Shown here: positions 1 through 12,162 of the stretch, one piece after another
Numbering within the stretch: position 1 is the first letter of the stretch
Layout of the letters: each line of letters opens with the position of its first letter
Assembly: GCA_030390025.1 (NCBI GenBank)
Contig: CM059425.1
Span: 171,184,001-171,248,000, forward strand
From: Squalus acanthias
Taxonomy: Eukaryota
DNA: 64,000 nt
Direction: 5' to 3'
Made by a program: the position numbers and the translations under genes
Notes under the pieces: generated by a model
Databases searched by the model: none
Told to the model about the DNA's origin: nothing
What the model saw: the letters and a program-made list of their open reading frames with translations, nothing else

Positions 1-2215
1 AAAATCAGTAAACGCACATATGCAAATACAGCCAGAAAAAGGCAGAGGGAGGAAACACATAGCTAAAAATACCTACAAAGAAAAGAGGAAGCAACTGACT
101 GATTCATAAAAAACAGCAAGAAAGCGACAGGCACAGAATGCAGAGTTGGGGGGATTTATATAAAAAGATAATATGAGAACAGCGGGGAAAAGAGAATTTT
201 ACACACACACACAAAATCACACAAAGAGAGGACATACTCACCGGGAATAACAGAGAGGGAGAGACAGAAAGAAAGGCCAAGGGAATGCTCATTCAATTGT
301 ACCAACCCAAACCACTAATTGTAGGTTTAACTTGCAATGTTCAACTTAGAACGAAACAATAAAATAACCTTTTTATGTGTACCCACTCTGGACTTCTACA
401 AATTGAAGCCTTTCCAAAGAAAATGAATAAACTTGAGGAGAATCATTTAACCTGGTTTTAAATTGAATCTAAACACGTCTTTTATTTGTTTGCAGTATGT
501 GGTCTTTTCTTATGAAAAATCTTTATGTATCCTACAGTAAAATTAAATTGATCTGCAAAATATTTTTGGAAACTCAGTAACAAGCTTACTATTAAATTTG
601 GAAAATTTCTGAATATTTTCATCAACGTTCAATGCGTCATATAAATCTCTATAAAAACATTTAGTGACAAAAACTCAAGAGTAGATAATAAATTTATGGT
701 GACAATTAGTGGCTGGGTTTCTAAAGCTGTTTTTAAAAACGTTTTGCAGCCCAGCACCACACTCTCTAAATGTGCTGAGGTGACCTCTGATTGGAGTACA
801 TTTGCAATTTAAGCCTCTCTTACAGAAAAGAATAGAACTTTGTTTTTCTTTAATCCTCGAATTGCTCAACAATTATCTTACAAATCGATTTGCATTTCTG
901 GTTTACTTTTGTAATTAAAAACTTTCAGCCTCTGCAGATCAATGAGAGAAACATTACAAGAGATTGGTGGGGGGGGCTTGCATAAAGTGCAGCTGCTAAT
1001 CCAAACTCAGATGTTGTCCCTGTTTAAAAAAACCCCACAGGTTTTCTATTTTTGATTTCGGTAAAAAGAAAATAGTACGGCAGACATTCGGCTGTGTCCT
1101 GGCAAATGTAAGGCAAAGGAAACTTCAACAAAACACACATGGGAATGTTCAACGCTGCAATAATTCTAGCTGTACAAAGCGGAGAGTGAAACTTCTAATA
1201 AAACTTTACTAAGTTGTTTTTAGTGGCATCATGATCCGATGTTGCTGGGAGGTGAGCCGGGCCCGGCCACACACTGACGGCTGAAACTGTCGTCAAGTTT
1301 CACTCAAACTTTCGCACCTTTCCCGGCTCACAATAACCAGGAGGCACCGCCTGGACAATCTCACAATTTATACATCCAGTTATTCGATTAAAGATTGCAC
1401 GATGTTCGCTCCAAAATTCCAGATTTAATCTCCCCCCATCTATTTTTTTTAATATTAAAATCTTTTTATAGTCCTTTAGCGAGCGGTTGGAGAATGAATG
1501 GTCCGGCGAGAAGCCACTTTTACTGTGCAGCCGCTTCCATTATATCGTTACAATTAAAAATAAATAAAACAAACTTCGCAACAACTAAAAAAAAAAGGGC
1601 AGGCTGGTGGAGGAAGCTGCTGGCCCGCTGGCCGAGTGTGATGAATGGAATCAGTTCCTCCTGGGTTTCAGCAGCGGGCGGGTGACAGAGTCTCCGGGCC
1701 CGCCGCCCCTCACACACTCCCGGGGAGAAGCCCCTCAATGCGGCGGGACACCGACTTGTTGGAAGCACTCGAGCTAAAACCTCAATGAATGTAGCTTTAA
1801 ACACACGCACACACACACAAATACTGGAGAGCCCAGAACCCACAGCCGGACCAAGTGCCCGGCTGTCTCAACAGCAACTTTCATTACGATTCAAAACACT
1901 AAACCGGTTCAAATGTCACCTCAGTGATGTGCGCACTTCACCTGAAAATGCCCTCTCGTCTACTTCATGAATTACAAGCAAAGTCCAGTCGGGCTGGTTT
2001 AACACCAGGATTCTCCCCCAACCAAAAAAAAATATCATTTTTTTGGTGTCCATAAAATAGTGTCAGCCCCAGAGGGCGACCAGACGGTGACCCAAACCTG
2101 TGGGACTTGCAGTTACCCAATTCCCATCAGTGAGATTTCATTTTGTATAAAAAAGGTAAAGGTGGAGCTCCCTCCCCGCTCCGCGACCGGCCAGCCGGCT
2201 CCAGGCGCGCCTTAC
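1..2215 (-). other. EFNA5: 5' part of EFNA5 intron 1
   Basis: Begins with the GTAAG donor at 2215-2211. No further ephrin exon is seen in the window. Confidence 0.8.
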
Positions 2216-2334
2216 CTCGGGTTGGTGCTGTTCCAGTAGACGGCGTACCGATCGGCCACCGCTTTGCCGGGCTCCTGCGACCAAACACACATCCACAGCA
2301 CCACGAAGACGACAAACACCTCCGCGTTGATCAT
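2216..2334 (-). CDS. EFNA5: Ephrin-A5, first coding exon (signal peptide plus start of ephrin domain)
   Basis: Manual translation from ATG 2334 (context GCAGCC-ATG): MINAEVFVVFVVLWMCVWSQEPGKAVADRYAVYWNSTNP-R. This matches the EFNA5 N-terminus (..LWMCVFSQDPGSKAVADRYAVYWNSSNPR). The exon ends at a phase-2 donor AG|GTAAG at 2216/2215. Not in the ORF track. Confidence 0.93.
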
Positions 2335-2949
2335 GGCTGCAGAGGGTGAGAGGAACCCGCTCTCTCCTTCCAAACTTAAAGCTTCAGATGGCCAGTCTCA
2401 TTCAGTCTGTCTTCAGAGAAGGTCAGAGTCCAGGATCGGAGAGACAAAGTCCAGGATCGTAGCAAGAAGTGAGGATGAAATACCTGCAGCTGTGCAAACA
2501 CCTCCAAAACACCACAGAAGGAAATATTAATTCATCTGGTGAGAAAGTGTGAGGCAGCGATCTGCGAAATCAAAAGACAATTACAAAATCCCCAACTCAC
2601 TGTCAGCAGGGAATGGGATCGGCGCAAAGTTCTGTGCTTTTTCAGCAAGACGAGGTTAAGTCCGCAATTTGTATGCAACTGACAGCAGAAATCAGCAAAA
2701 AGTCGGTGCAAAGAGCCCCAGAAGTATCAGCGTGCGTTGTTGGTGCTGCTGGTGATGTGAGAGAGAGAGAGATCGATGTTTTAAATTATAGATACTCAGT
2801 TACTGGGAGTGTAGCAAGACCAGCTGGAGATTCCCGAGGCGGCAGCATCCAGTCAGTCAGTCACAGCATCCTTTCTTGCTTCCTCTCCCCGCCTCTCCCC
2901 CCCCCCCCCCAAAAACAAAATCCCCCACTGAAGATGTGGTTTGAAAGAT

Positions 2950-3610
2950 GTGCTTTGAAGAGCTGGAACAAACTCGCCGCTGCAGCCTGCACACGGCGCT
3001 GGCGCTCCGCAAACACGCTCACAGCGGCCAGCAGCAGCCCGGTGCAAACAGGATTTGCCTCTCCGGTTGTTGTTTTTTTGTTTGGTATGTGTGTGTGCCC
3101 CTCCCCTCCCGGGATGAGATAAGCGAGCAGCCGGGATCCAAAGAGAAATGCGAGGGGCGCGGAGAGCCGACAGTGCCAGACCAGCGCCGCCGCCGCCGCT
3201 TCATTGAGAGTCTGGCAAGTCGCGGTTGTTTTGGAGGCCGGCGGGGGAGGCGGATCGCGCGGCTTGGGGGTGGGCGGGGATTGCAGCCAAGGAGGAGGTG
3301 CAGGGGGTGTGAGAGGGGCAGAGCTCAGCCCCCATTCCCCAACAGCTGATAGGCTGCCACCCTCCCCGCCTCCAGCTCCTCTCCGCCAATATCTGCGCTC
3401 GGCCAAGGCCGGGCCAACTCACAGCGCTGGCGGCGCTGCCGGGGCCAACAGGCTCATCTTCACCACTGACGGCAGCGTTCTCTTAACTTTCAAGAGCGCT
3501 TTGCACAAGTCGCTTCATTGTATTGAAAATAATTGCACCCCTCTGATTTTCCCCAGGACTGGGGCCATGGCACAAATGTCTTTATAATGATCGCGCCGTG
3601 CGTTCATGGT
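2950..3610 (-). promoter_or_regulatory. CpG-island-like promoter / 5' leader region of EFNA5
   Basis: High GC and CpG density, a (GCC)n tract near 3185-3199, a GC-box-like GGGCGGGG, and no TEs; lies just upstream of the ATG. TSS not determinable. Confidence 0.65.
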
Positions 3611-4264
3611 CAGAAGCCCCTCAATTAATTAATAAACTGGGTAAGAAAATATACCGACTCCGTCATGTCAGGTTAAATCAATAGCATTAATAATGTGGTG
3701 TAAAAAGACATGTTCAGTCACACGCCGGCTAGCACGGAGAACTGCTGTTATTTGCCCCACGTTATTAGTTATAAATACAGCGGTTGCAAAATCATGAATC
3801 AGGAATGATCGGGGCCACATTCTGCAGCGGCAAATCAGAGTTTCACTTGTCACAAAACCGTGCATCAGGTAACTCACTAACTCAGCTTTGCTCCAACGTA
3901 CGCAGTTTATCGAATGTCTCTAAAGATGACTGCTTGCCCGCGTTTCGCACGTCTTGTCTGCTCTTTCCACTCTCCAGTTTATTAGGGGGCTGTGAATTTG
4001 TCTGGTGGAGTCAGCCAGTCTCCAGGATTGAGTTTACAGATCGGAACCGCTTGTTAGACAGCTCCAACACTCCTCCTGGCGGCGGCACTATTTACAACAC
4101 TCTCTGCTTCTCCATACTCCCTCCCTCTGTCACACACACCTCACCCTTGTGAGAAAACCGTTCTACTTTCCATGTAACGAGCAATATTAAGACGAGTAGC
4201 TACATGTCACTCACCTTCTAGGTTGTTACTTAATCAAAAAGATTCAGATGATATAAATATCTGG

Positions 4265-4430
4265 AGATTAAATGACAAAATCAGAAAATACACAGCAGTT
4301 AGGAAGAGAAAGTTCAGTTAACATCTGAGGTGCGACCCTTCATCTAATACAGTTCTAGTGAAGGGGCCCTTGTGAAATATCTCTTTCTCTTTCAAATATT
4401 ACACGTTTCCAGTATTTTGTGCTTTTACTA
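4265..4430. mobile_element. Highly decayed inverted pair of Penelope-type terminal repeats
   Basis: Both halves weakly resemble the 59358-59461 element (GAAGGGTCGCACCT..GTTAACT on minus; CAGTTCTAGTGAAGGG..GAAA..TTCCAGTATTTTG on plus). Confidence 0.3.
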
Positions 4431-5183
4431 AAAAATTCTTTTTTCTCTAATATATACAATGTAGTGTTGATTTTGAAATAATGCAATATATTTGCTGTTA
4501 TGCAACATGTGTGCTGTGTTAGTATCAAATTGGCTTTATAATAAATAAAAATAATTGAATGTTTAAAGTGTTTTAGATGTTCTGCCTTGAAAAGTATTGT
4601 ATAAATCCAAGTACATTATTGCTGGAGAGGTCCACATTGCGCTATAGGACTAGTAGTGATAGAAAATTTTCTGCAAAAGCTTACTGGTATTTATTTTTTG
4701 TACGTATAATCACTCCCAATTCAATGTCTTAGATGGCTGAATCAAGGTAGGAGGATCAGGATCATGTAACAGAAGGAACAAATAATTGTATAGATTTATT
4801 AAATTGTATGCTTTACTTTGCATTGGACCAGCTTAGGGAGGGGGCTCAGCTGCTCCCTGCTCTATCCTTTAGGGGCCCTTATCTGCTAATGTAGATGAAA
4901 CTATGATAGACAGAATCTATTTTTGCAGAGCCAATGATCTGATAACAAACCAGTGGACCTTTCCCTGCCAGCTTTGATTTGACAAGCTAGGCAGAGCTGG
5001 ATACATAGGGGTAGATCTTGACTCTGTTCAATAGTGTAAAGTGGATGATAGCGAGTCGACAGTTCATTTTTACATCTCTCCCTATTTTTATTTCTATTGA
5101 AGTCAATGGTAAGTTGATGGAAAGTCGTTTTTGGCTGCTGGGGATTTTTGGAGCCACGTTTTGGCTGTTTTTGATTCATTTTT

Positions 5184-5342
5184 GATGCATTTAAGGGGAA
5201 GCTAGAAAAGCACATGAGGGAGAAAGAAATAGAAGGATAGGGTTAGATGAAGAGGGGAGAGAGGAGGCTCATGTGGAGCATAAACACTGGCATGGACTGG
5301 TTAGGTCGAATGACCTCTTTCTGTGCTGTACATTCTATGTAA
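5184..5342 (+). mobile_element. CR1 LINE 3' end fragment
   Basis: Encodes AFKGKLEKHMREKEIEG, then a 3' UTR GGTCGAATGACCTCTTTCTGTGCTGTACATTCTATG similar to other CR1 tails here. Confidence 0.75.
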
Positions 5343-5344
5343 CT

Positions 5345-7440
5345 GAGGTGTTGGAGAGCTGACTTTTGGCTGCAGCTGTTTGACTTCATTGGCTGCAGGA
5401 GTTCTGGAAATGATGGCTATGTTGCTGGGATTACCATTGAGGCTGCAAAAGTAACAGCATGAGCAAGCATGGCAGCAAAGACCTGCGGAGGGTCAAAGAA
5501 GATGGCGAAGGAGGCCAAGGAGGTGTTACAGCGTGCAGGTCTTCCGGAATAGGATGTTGTACCTCAACATGACAGAGCTGCAGTGTGTGAGGAGGCTGCG
5601 CTAGGAACCCGGGCACAGACACTGAGCATCGATACAATGAGAGTCATTCAGATATCAGAGCTCACATGAGAAAACCATAGGCGCCCTCAAACAAAGGTTC
5701 CGGTCTGGTGGAGTCCTGCAGTATAGTCTGGAGTGAATCTCCAGATTTGTAGTGGTTTGCTGCATGCTACACAGCTGTGCCATTCGCAGGGGCCAAGACT
5801 TGCAGTCAACACAGGAGTAAGAAGTCCAGGTGCAAAATGAAGAAGGGGACGAGGAAGAAGAAGATGATGAGAAAGACCAAGTCCGAGCAGTGCTGCCAGA
5901 GCTGTAAGGCAACAAATTATTGAGAGATTCTCCTGAGCAAACCCTCCCCCCTCCCCCAGCATACCAACAGTCCCAACACTTGACCCACCTTCTGAATGGC
6001 CTCCAACATTACTACCTCTCTTACATAACTATGAATATGAAGACCAAGATCAATGCAACAAAATTAAACCTCTTCATATCAGACACTTTGTGGATTGAAC
6101 AACTTTTCCTTCTTCTTGATATGGAACTGAAATCACCCTAGTGCAATTCCTTAGTGCCTGGCATCTGTGCTTGTTTACCTATTCTCCCCCAAGGGCACTT
6201 GAGATGGGCGTGGTGGGCGACCTCGAGCGACCTTGTGGGCCTGGCTACAGACTGCTGTGTCTTGGCATCGGCCGCGGCAGTCTGGACCATCTGTCTGTTT
6301 GGAACAACAAGGGCACTGGGTCAGAGGCTGGCAAGGGAGCAGGTGTACTGTCAACCTGAGAAAAGACAGCATAAGCCTCTCCCATGGAGCCATTGCCACT
6401 GTCATGGTGCTGCATCTCTACTCTGCCATGCTCTGTGTGAGAACAGAGTGAAGAAGTGTAGTGATGCTCTGGAAGCCCCTAGCCTGCTCTCCACAGTCCT
6501 ATCCATGCTCTCCTTCGTGGATCGAAAGGTTGAGGAGATGCTACACCGCACAGCCACAATGGCAGCAGTCAGAGCTCCCAACGAAGCTAAGAGCTGTCAC
6601 CAGAGGCTCCATCATTGTGGGCCCCACTGCAGTGTTCATAGAGCTGACCAGTCGCTCCATGGTTGACTGCATGGTCTCAATGCCATGCTGGATGACCCCA
6701 CACAAGCTAGAGCTGGACTCCTCCATGCTCTGTGCCATTGTGCACAAGCTGACTGGCAGGCTGCCCAGTGCACCTAAAAGGTACTGGTGTATAGGGATCA
6801 GTCTTTGAATGTAGGTTGCACTCTCAATCTTTATCTGTGCCCTCTGCAGCAGAGCCAAGGTGCAAGCTCTCCCTCCGGCTAGCTGCTTCTCGGGTCGTCC
6901 CATTTCCTGCCCAAGCTCCTGCGCACTAGTGCTCGGTGAGTCTCCCAGTGCAGACCACTCTAGCCTATCCTCTGCAGTACATGTAGTGCCAGTCTCTGAG
7001 CTGGTGTTTACTAACGTAAGTTTGCATGACACTGTGTCTTCATGGGTGATGTTTACTGCCAGTTCCTCAGCCTCTGAGTGCTCTATATTTTGTTGACCTG
7101 AAAGTGAAGAGAGTGTGAAGGATAAGCAGAGACAGAAAGCAGCTGCACTCTGTCATACTTAATGTGTGAGGGTGAGATTTCAGTAAGAAGAAACAGTGTA
7201 AGATGGCAAGAGCCCTACAGGATGGATCCTCTAGCCTCACCACGCCCCTAATGCAACCCATCCCCACCATCTGCATTACTTCCTCCTCGATTGGGGAAAG
7301 GACCTGAATGGATGCTTTCCCTCCTCCTGTCCTCGCCTCCTCTCTATTATTGTTCACCAGCTTTCCCGGTAGAGGAGTTAGTGGTGGCCGAGTGCTTTCA
7401 GATAGACCTACTGTATATTTTCAGCATTTTTGGTTTTATT
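5345..7440 (+). mobile_element. Harbinger/PIF element A (decayed, internally deleted transposase; Myb-gene 3' exons on minus strand)
   Basis: MMAMLLGLPLRL..RRWRRRPRR N-terminus joined to RNPGTDTEHRYNESHSD and an acidic tail. Minus-strand SMEESSSSL..SMNTAVGPTMMEPL is homologous to Myb exon 3 of elements B-D. Ends not defined. Confidence 0.7.
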
Positions 7441-7747
7441 TCCATTTTTCAGCATTTACAGTTTTTCTTTTTATCAAAGTTATTGCTGTTGTTTGTCATC
7501 TAGGACTTGAAGGCATGCAGCACCTTATGGTGGGATTTACATTTTACAAGACTTTTTCCATGGTACGTTATTAGTGCTTAAACTTATGGCATCTATCACT
7601 ATCAAAAATGTATAGAAGATAACAGAAGAAATTAAACTCATGGACCTCAAAAACTGAGAGTAATACTAATGTTACTTACAAAAAGTACTTAGTAATTCAC
7701 CCATCCTGATACAGTTCCTACCTAATGGCAACAGAACAGCTGCTAAG

Positions 7748-8042
7748 TGTCAGTTTGGCTCAGTTGGTATCGTGCTTCATTTAGAAGATTATGGCCTCCA
7801 GATCCACTCCCCACTTGAGTACATAATCTAATGGCAGTATTTGAGGAAGTGCAGGGTGTTCTCCTGGCCGACATTCCATCTTTTAATACCCAAAAACAAA
7901 CAACCTGATCATTCATCTTAGTGTTGTATGCAAAATGGCTGTTGCGTTTGCCTATATAAAACAACAGTCATTGTATGTGAAGTGTGTTGAGCTATTTCTG
8001 AGAAACGTAATAAGGTGCTATCTCAATGCAAGTCTTTCTTTT
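7748..8042 (+). mobile_element. Decayed tRNA-derived SINE (Deu-SINE-like)
   Basis: Head GTGTCAGTTTGGCTCAGTTGGT and tail AAGGTGCTATCTCAATGCAAGTCTTTCTTT are homologous to the 22445-22855 copy. Confidence 0.6.
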
Positions 8043-9329
8043 GGTAGTGAATGGTGTCTGAATTGCATTGCCAAGCATTACATTAGTGATTGCCAGATAC
8101 TTTTGTTAGTTTACTTTTTGTACTCTATGCCTACTTTTTGTATTAGTCTTTGTATCTGTATCACTTTAAATTTTATAATGGATTCCTTGTTTTCTGATTT
8201 GATTCTTTTAAAATACAGGTCATTAGTAGCACTGTTCTGGGATGACTGTTTTAAGATAAATTAATGTGTAAACATTTATCTTTATTGTGAAAACTTTTTG
8301 GCCAGGTATACTAAACTATAAATTCTTATCAGATGAATTGTTAGATAAATAACATGATCCCAAAATATGTGACATATTTATGGTTAAGAATATTTTCTAA
8401 TTGATGGGAGTTATGAGAGTTATACAATCTGAGAATTAGTTGGCAACAGGCACATTGTTCTAATTTAGTTATTGGGGGTTTCTACTCTATTTTATCATAA
8501 GACAAGAACTCTAATCACAATTACTGAAGTAAGGATAACAGCAAATATCCATAGAGAGGGATCTGGTAAAAAAAAAATGGATAGTTTTATTGCACACAAC
8601 ACTAACCATATTGGACCAGACATCCAGCAGTCCTGTCTGTATAAAGTGTCAAAGCTCAGACCATATTCACATTGCCTAATCAGATCAAAGTCTTCAATTT
8701 AAACACAAGTCTCAGTTTCCAAGAGAGATTTGGCTTCAGTCTACTGTAATTATATTACTCAGAATAATTTTAACCAATGACAATAAATATGAGGCATAGA
8801 TTTTTTGGCAATCAACTGCATATTATTTCTTGATATATCTGCAATGATTATTTCACTGTGGATAGTTGTCCATTGTAAATGTCATCACGGATCAAGGGCA
8901 TCGAGCACACTGACGGTTGGCGCCTACACTGAAGGCCACTGCAGACACAGAAACTGAATAAAACCGCCACCAGAAATCAAAACAGTATATTTTCTAAACA
9001 GTAGGAGATACCACACAGTGATTTCAAGGATGTAATCGAATTCCAGAGTTGGATGACAGCGATTAACCTTTGGAGCTTCAGTCTTGTGGTTTGTGATGTC
9101 ATCTGAACCACTTGATTAGGTTACTTCCTTGTAATCACTATATTTAAAAGGCTCTCTAATTGTAAAGTGGGTCCCAGAACACTCTTAGTTTCTGAAATCC
9201 TTTTTGTGTAGTCTGTCTTGTCTGACATACAAGCAGGCTTGACAAAAGTTTGGGTAATCTTAAGAAAAATATTTTCATCTTTTTTAAAAAAAAAATTCCA
9301 TCAGACAGTCTGTATACCCAGCATAGATA

Positions 9330-11320
9330 TAAGAGGTCACAGACATAAAGGGGTACCTTAGTATTGGGCATACAAAGATTCAGCAGTGAAACAGAGTTGC
9401 CATAGACAAGGAAGGGGTACAAACAGAATCAATATGGTTGGAACCCAAAGATAAAAATAGGCTTGTTACATTATCAGGGGTGTATTACAGCCCTCCAAAT
9501 TGTGGGAAGGAAATGGAAGAGGAACTTTGCAGTCAGATTAGAGGAATGAGTAAGAATAACAAAATGATTGTTCTGGGAGTTTTTAATTATCCACTTATCG
9601 ATTGGGACATAGAGGGAGTAAATGGAGAAAAGGGAATTGAATTCCGAAAATGTGTGCAGGATTTTGAAAGCAGTTTGTTAGTAGGCCTACAAGAGTGGAG
9701 GAGTTGCTAAATCTGGTTATAAATAGTGACGTAGATCAGGTAGATGAGCTAATTGGGAGTAGTGATAACAATAGGATAAGGTTTAAGATTTAAGATCCAA
9801 CTTGATAGGGGAAAAGTCAGTACAAAAAACTAGAGCACCAGATTTTATTAACGGAGAGTTTAGAAAGAGGAGGAGCGAGCTAGATGAGGTGAGGTGGAAG
9901 GAGAAATTGGCACTCGGGACTGTAGAGCAACAGCGGGATGTTTTTTAAAAAGTGATTGCGAAGGATACGAATAAGTATATCCCATTTAAAAAGAAGGAAA
10001 TTACTATTAGTTTTAGAATGCCATGGATAAATAAAGAGGTTAGAAACCAATTAAAGTTGAAGAAGGGGCCTTTGAGGACTGAAGAATAATAATAATGAAA
10101 AGCTAAAGGAGAACAGGAGAAAATAAGATAAGGTTAAAAGCGGGAAAGCTAAAAGGGAATATAAGGAAATAAAAAATTTTTAAATCAAAAAGAAAGTATT
10201 TTACAAGTATATCAGTAAAAAAAAGAATTGTTAAAAATAGGGTAGGACCACTGAGAGTTGTGGATTGTTAATTTGTAGATGAACAAAAAATGGCAGAGGT
10301 ATTTAATAAGTACTTTTTATCAGTCTTTGCCAAAGAGAAGGATATCAAAGAGGATGTAAATCCTGAAGTGATTGAGAGCAAGATGAGCAATATGATGATG
10401 GATAAAAGGAAAGTTTTATATTAGTTAGTAAAGCTGAAGGAAGTCAAAGAGACAGGGCCCGACAGGTTACATCATAGGATCCTGAGAGAGATCAGGGAGA
10501 AAATCGCAGAGGCTCTGGAAATTATATTTCAGGGCTCAATTGAGTGTGAATGTGTGCCAGAGGACTGTAGAGTAGTCAATTTTTAAAAAAGGAGACCGAG
10601 CTAATCCAGATAATACGGACTAATTAGCTTCATATCTGCGTTGGGAAAATTTTAGTGTCTTTAATTAAAGATAAAATTACCGTGTAGCCAGCCGGCATGG
10701 ATTTCAGAAGGAACAATCGTGCTTGACAAACCTTATAGAATCCTTTGAAGAGTTAACAGACATGGTAGATGGAGGAAATACAGTGGATACAGTGTACATG
10801 GACTTTAGGAAAGCCTTTGAAGAGGTACCACATGGAAGATAACTAGATAAGATCAAGGGGTATGGAACTAGGGGGAGGATAGCAAACTGGTTGGTTTGGT
10901 TAGAAAGGAGAAAACAGAGTTGGAGTCAAGGACAGTTTTTAAAAGAGGTTGGAAGTGGGTAGTAATGTCCCACAGAGTTCAGTTCTGGGGCCACTTCTGT
11001 TCACTGTATACATCAATCATTTGGATGTCATCCTAGAGGGAGTGGTGTTGACATTTTCATTTGATACCAAAATAGGAGGTACAATTAATTCTTTAGAAGA
11101 CCAAAGGAAACTTCAAAGATGGGGAAATAGGCTAAAGAGTGGCAGGTGGAATTCATTATTAGTAAGTGTGAGCTGATGCATTTTCGTAAAAAAAAATAAA
11201 AGCAGTAATTATACTCTGAATGGAAGTAGGTCCAGTGCTATGGAAGAGCAAACGGATTTGGGGGGTACGGGTTCACAGGACATTAAAGACAGCATCTCAG
11301 GTTGATAAGGCCATAAAAAC
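9330..11320 (+). mobile_element. Old decayed CR1 ORF2 (APE + RT)
   Basis: Fragments GVYYSPPN..MIVLGVFNYPLIDW, VYMDFRKAF and [26 protein letters not shown] with many stops and frameshifts. Confidence 0.85.
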
Positions 11321-11781
11321 TCTGCCTCTCAGCATTCACAAGCTTCTGCCTCTTTGCATCTCTCGCTCACTGACGCGTACTGTTTCCAAGCTGCTGCCAG
11401 TTGAAAAGCCCTCCAGCAGCACCAAGTCCTGGAACCAACCAACAGGGATCACACCTCTGTAGGGGTTTGGAGGACTGGCAGCTGTTGAAACTGGGACTGT
11501 TGGGCAGTAAGAATGCAACTTGTGTGATAGAACCTGAAACTAGCATCTGTCTGTAAGATCCCCAATGTTTTACCTCTGCAACTCTTCATTACTGAGGCTG
11601 TATATATTGATAGAGAGAGCGCCCTATGCCAGGAGGGTGTAGTAAATTTTAGGCCTGGATGGGCTTACACCAATAGAGAGCAGCAAAGTATGAGAATATA
11701 GAGACAAAGAGAGATAAAGACTGTGATATAGAAAGCAAGAGAGGACGTACAGAGAAAAAGAGAGAACAATATACAGAAATG

Positions 11782-11870
11782 TGAGAAGTCGCACAACACC
11801 AGGTTATAGTCCAACAGTTTTATTTGAAATCACAAGCTTTCGGAGCGCTGCTCCTTCGTCAGGTGAAGTG
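11782..11870 (-). mobile_element. Penelope-like element terminal (pLTR) fragment
   Basis: Near-identical (reverse complement) to 35552-35640, the 3' end of the GIY-YIG element. Confidence 0.85.
11830..11866 (-). ncRNA. Minimal type I hammerhead ribozyme motif
   Basis: UCAC-CUGACGA-A-GGAGC(AGC)GCUCC-GAAA-GCUU/GUGA: core boxes, 5-bp helix II, palindromic AGCU helix III, helix I UCAC:GUGA. Confidence 0.75.
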
Positions 11871-12159
11871 TCTCTCTCTCTCTCTCTCTCTCTCTGAGAT
11901 GCTGCTCATTTTGCATCCAGGTCCTCTCACAGCAAAGGCCAGGCAATCTCTGACCTGCAATGCAGCAACAATGATGACATCATCAGAGGCGACTTTCAGA
12001 CTGATACCACTAATTGGTTCATGGGTTCCCACATGCTGGAACTCAATTGCCCAATTAAGTAAAAATTGCATCAATCTCCCACATCCAATTGCAGTCGGGT
12101 GGATAACACGAAATGCGGATGACACGACCCCAACCCGCCCCAGTATCAAAATCCAGCCC
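11871..12159. mobile_element. Right half of a Harbinger-type MITE
   Basis: Near-identical to 30070-30361. Ends AAAATCCAGCCC followed by TAA and starts at a (CT)n tract. Confidence 0.8.
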
Positions 12160-12162
12160 TAA

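Noticed and set aside
2064..2080. CTCF-like motif GCCCCAGAGGGCGAC
   Set aside because: Partial match only; not supportable without a PWM score or ChIP data.
2613..3587. Overlapping 60-180 aa ORFs across the GC-rich region
   Set aside because: Low-complexity products expected in a CpG island; no recognisable domain or splice logic.
8860..9200. Possible solo LTR (AATAAA, CpG-containing)
   Set aside because: No defined termini, TSD or second copy.
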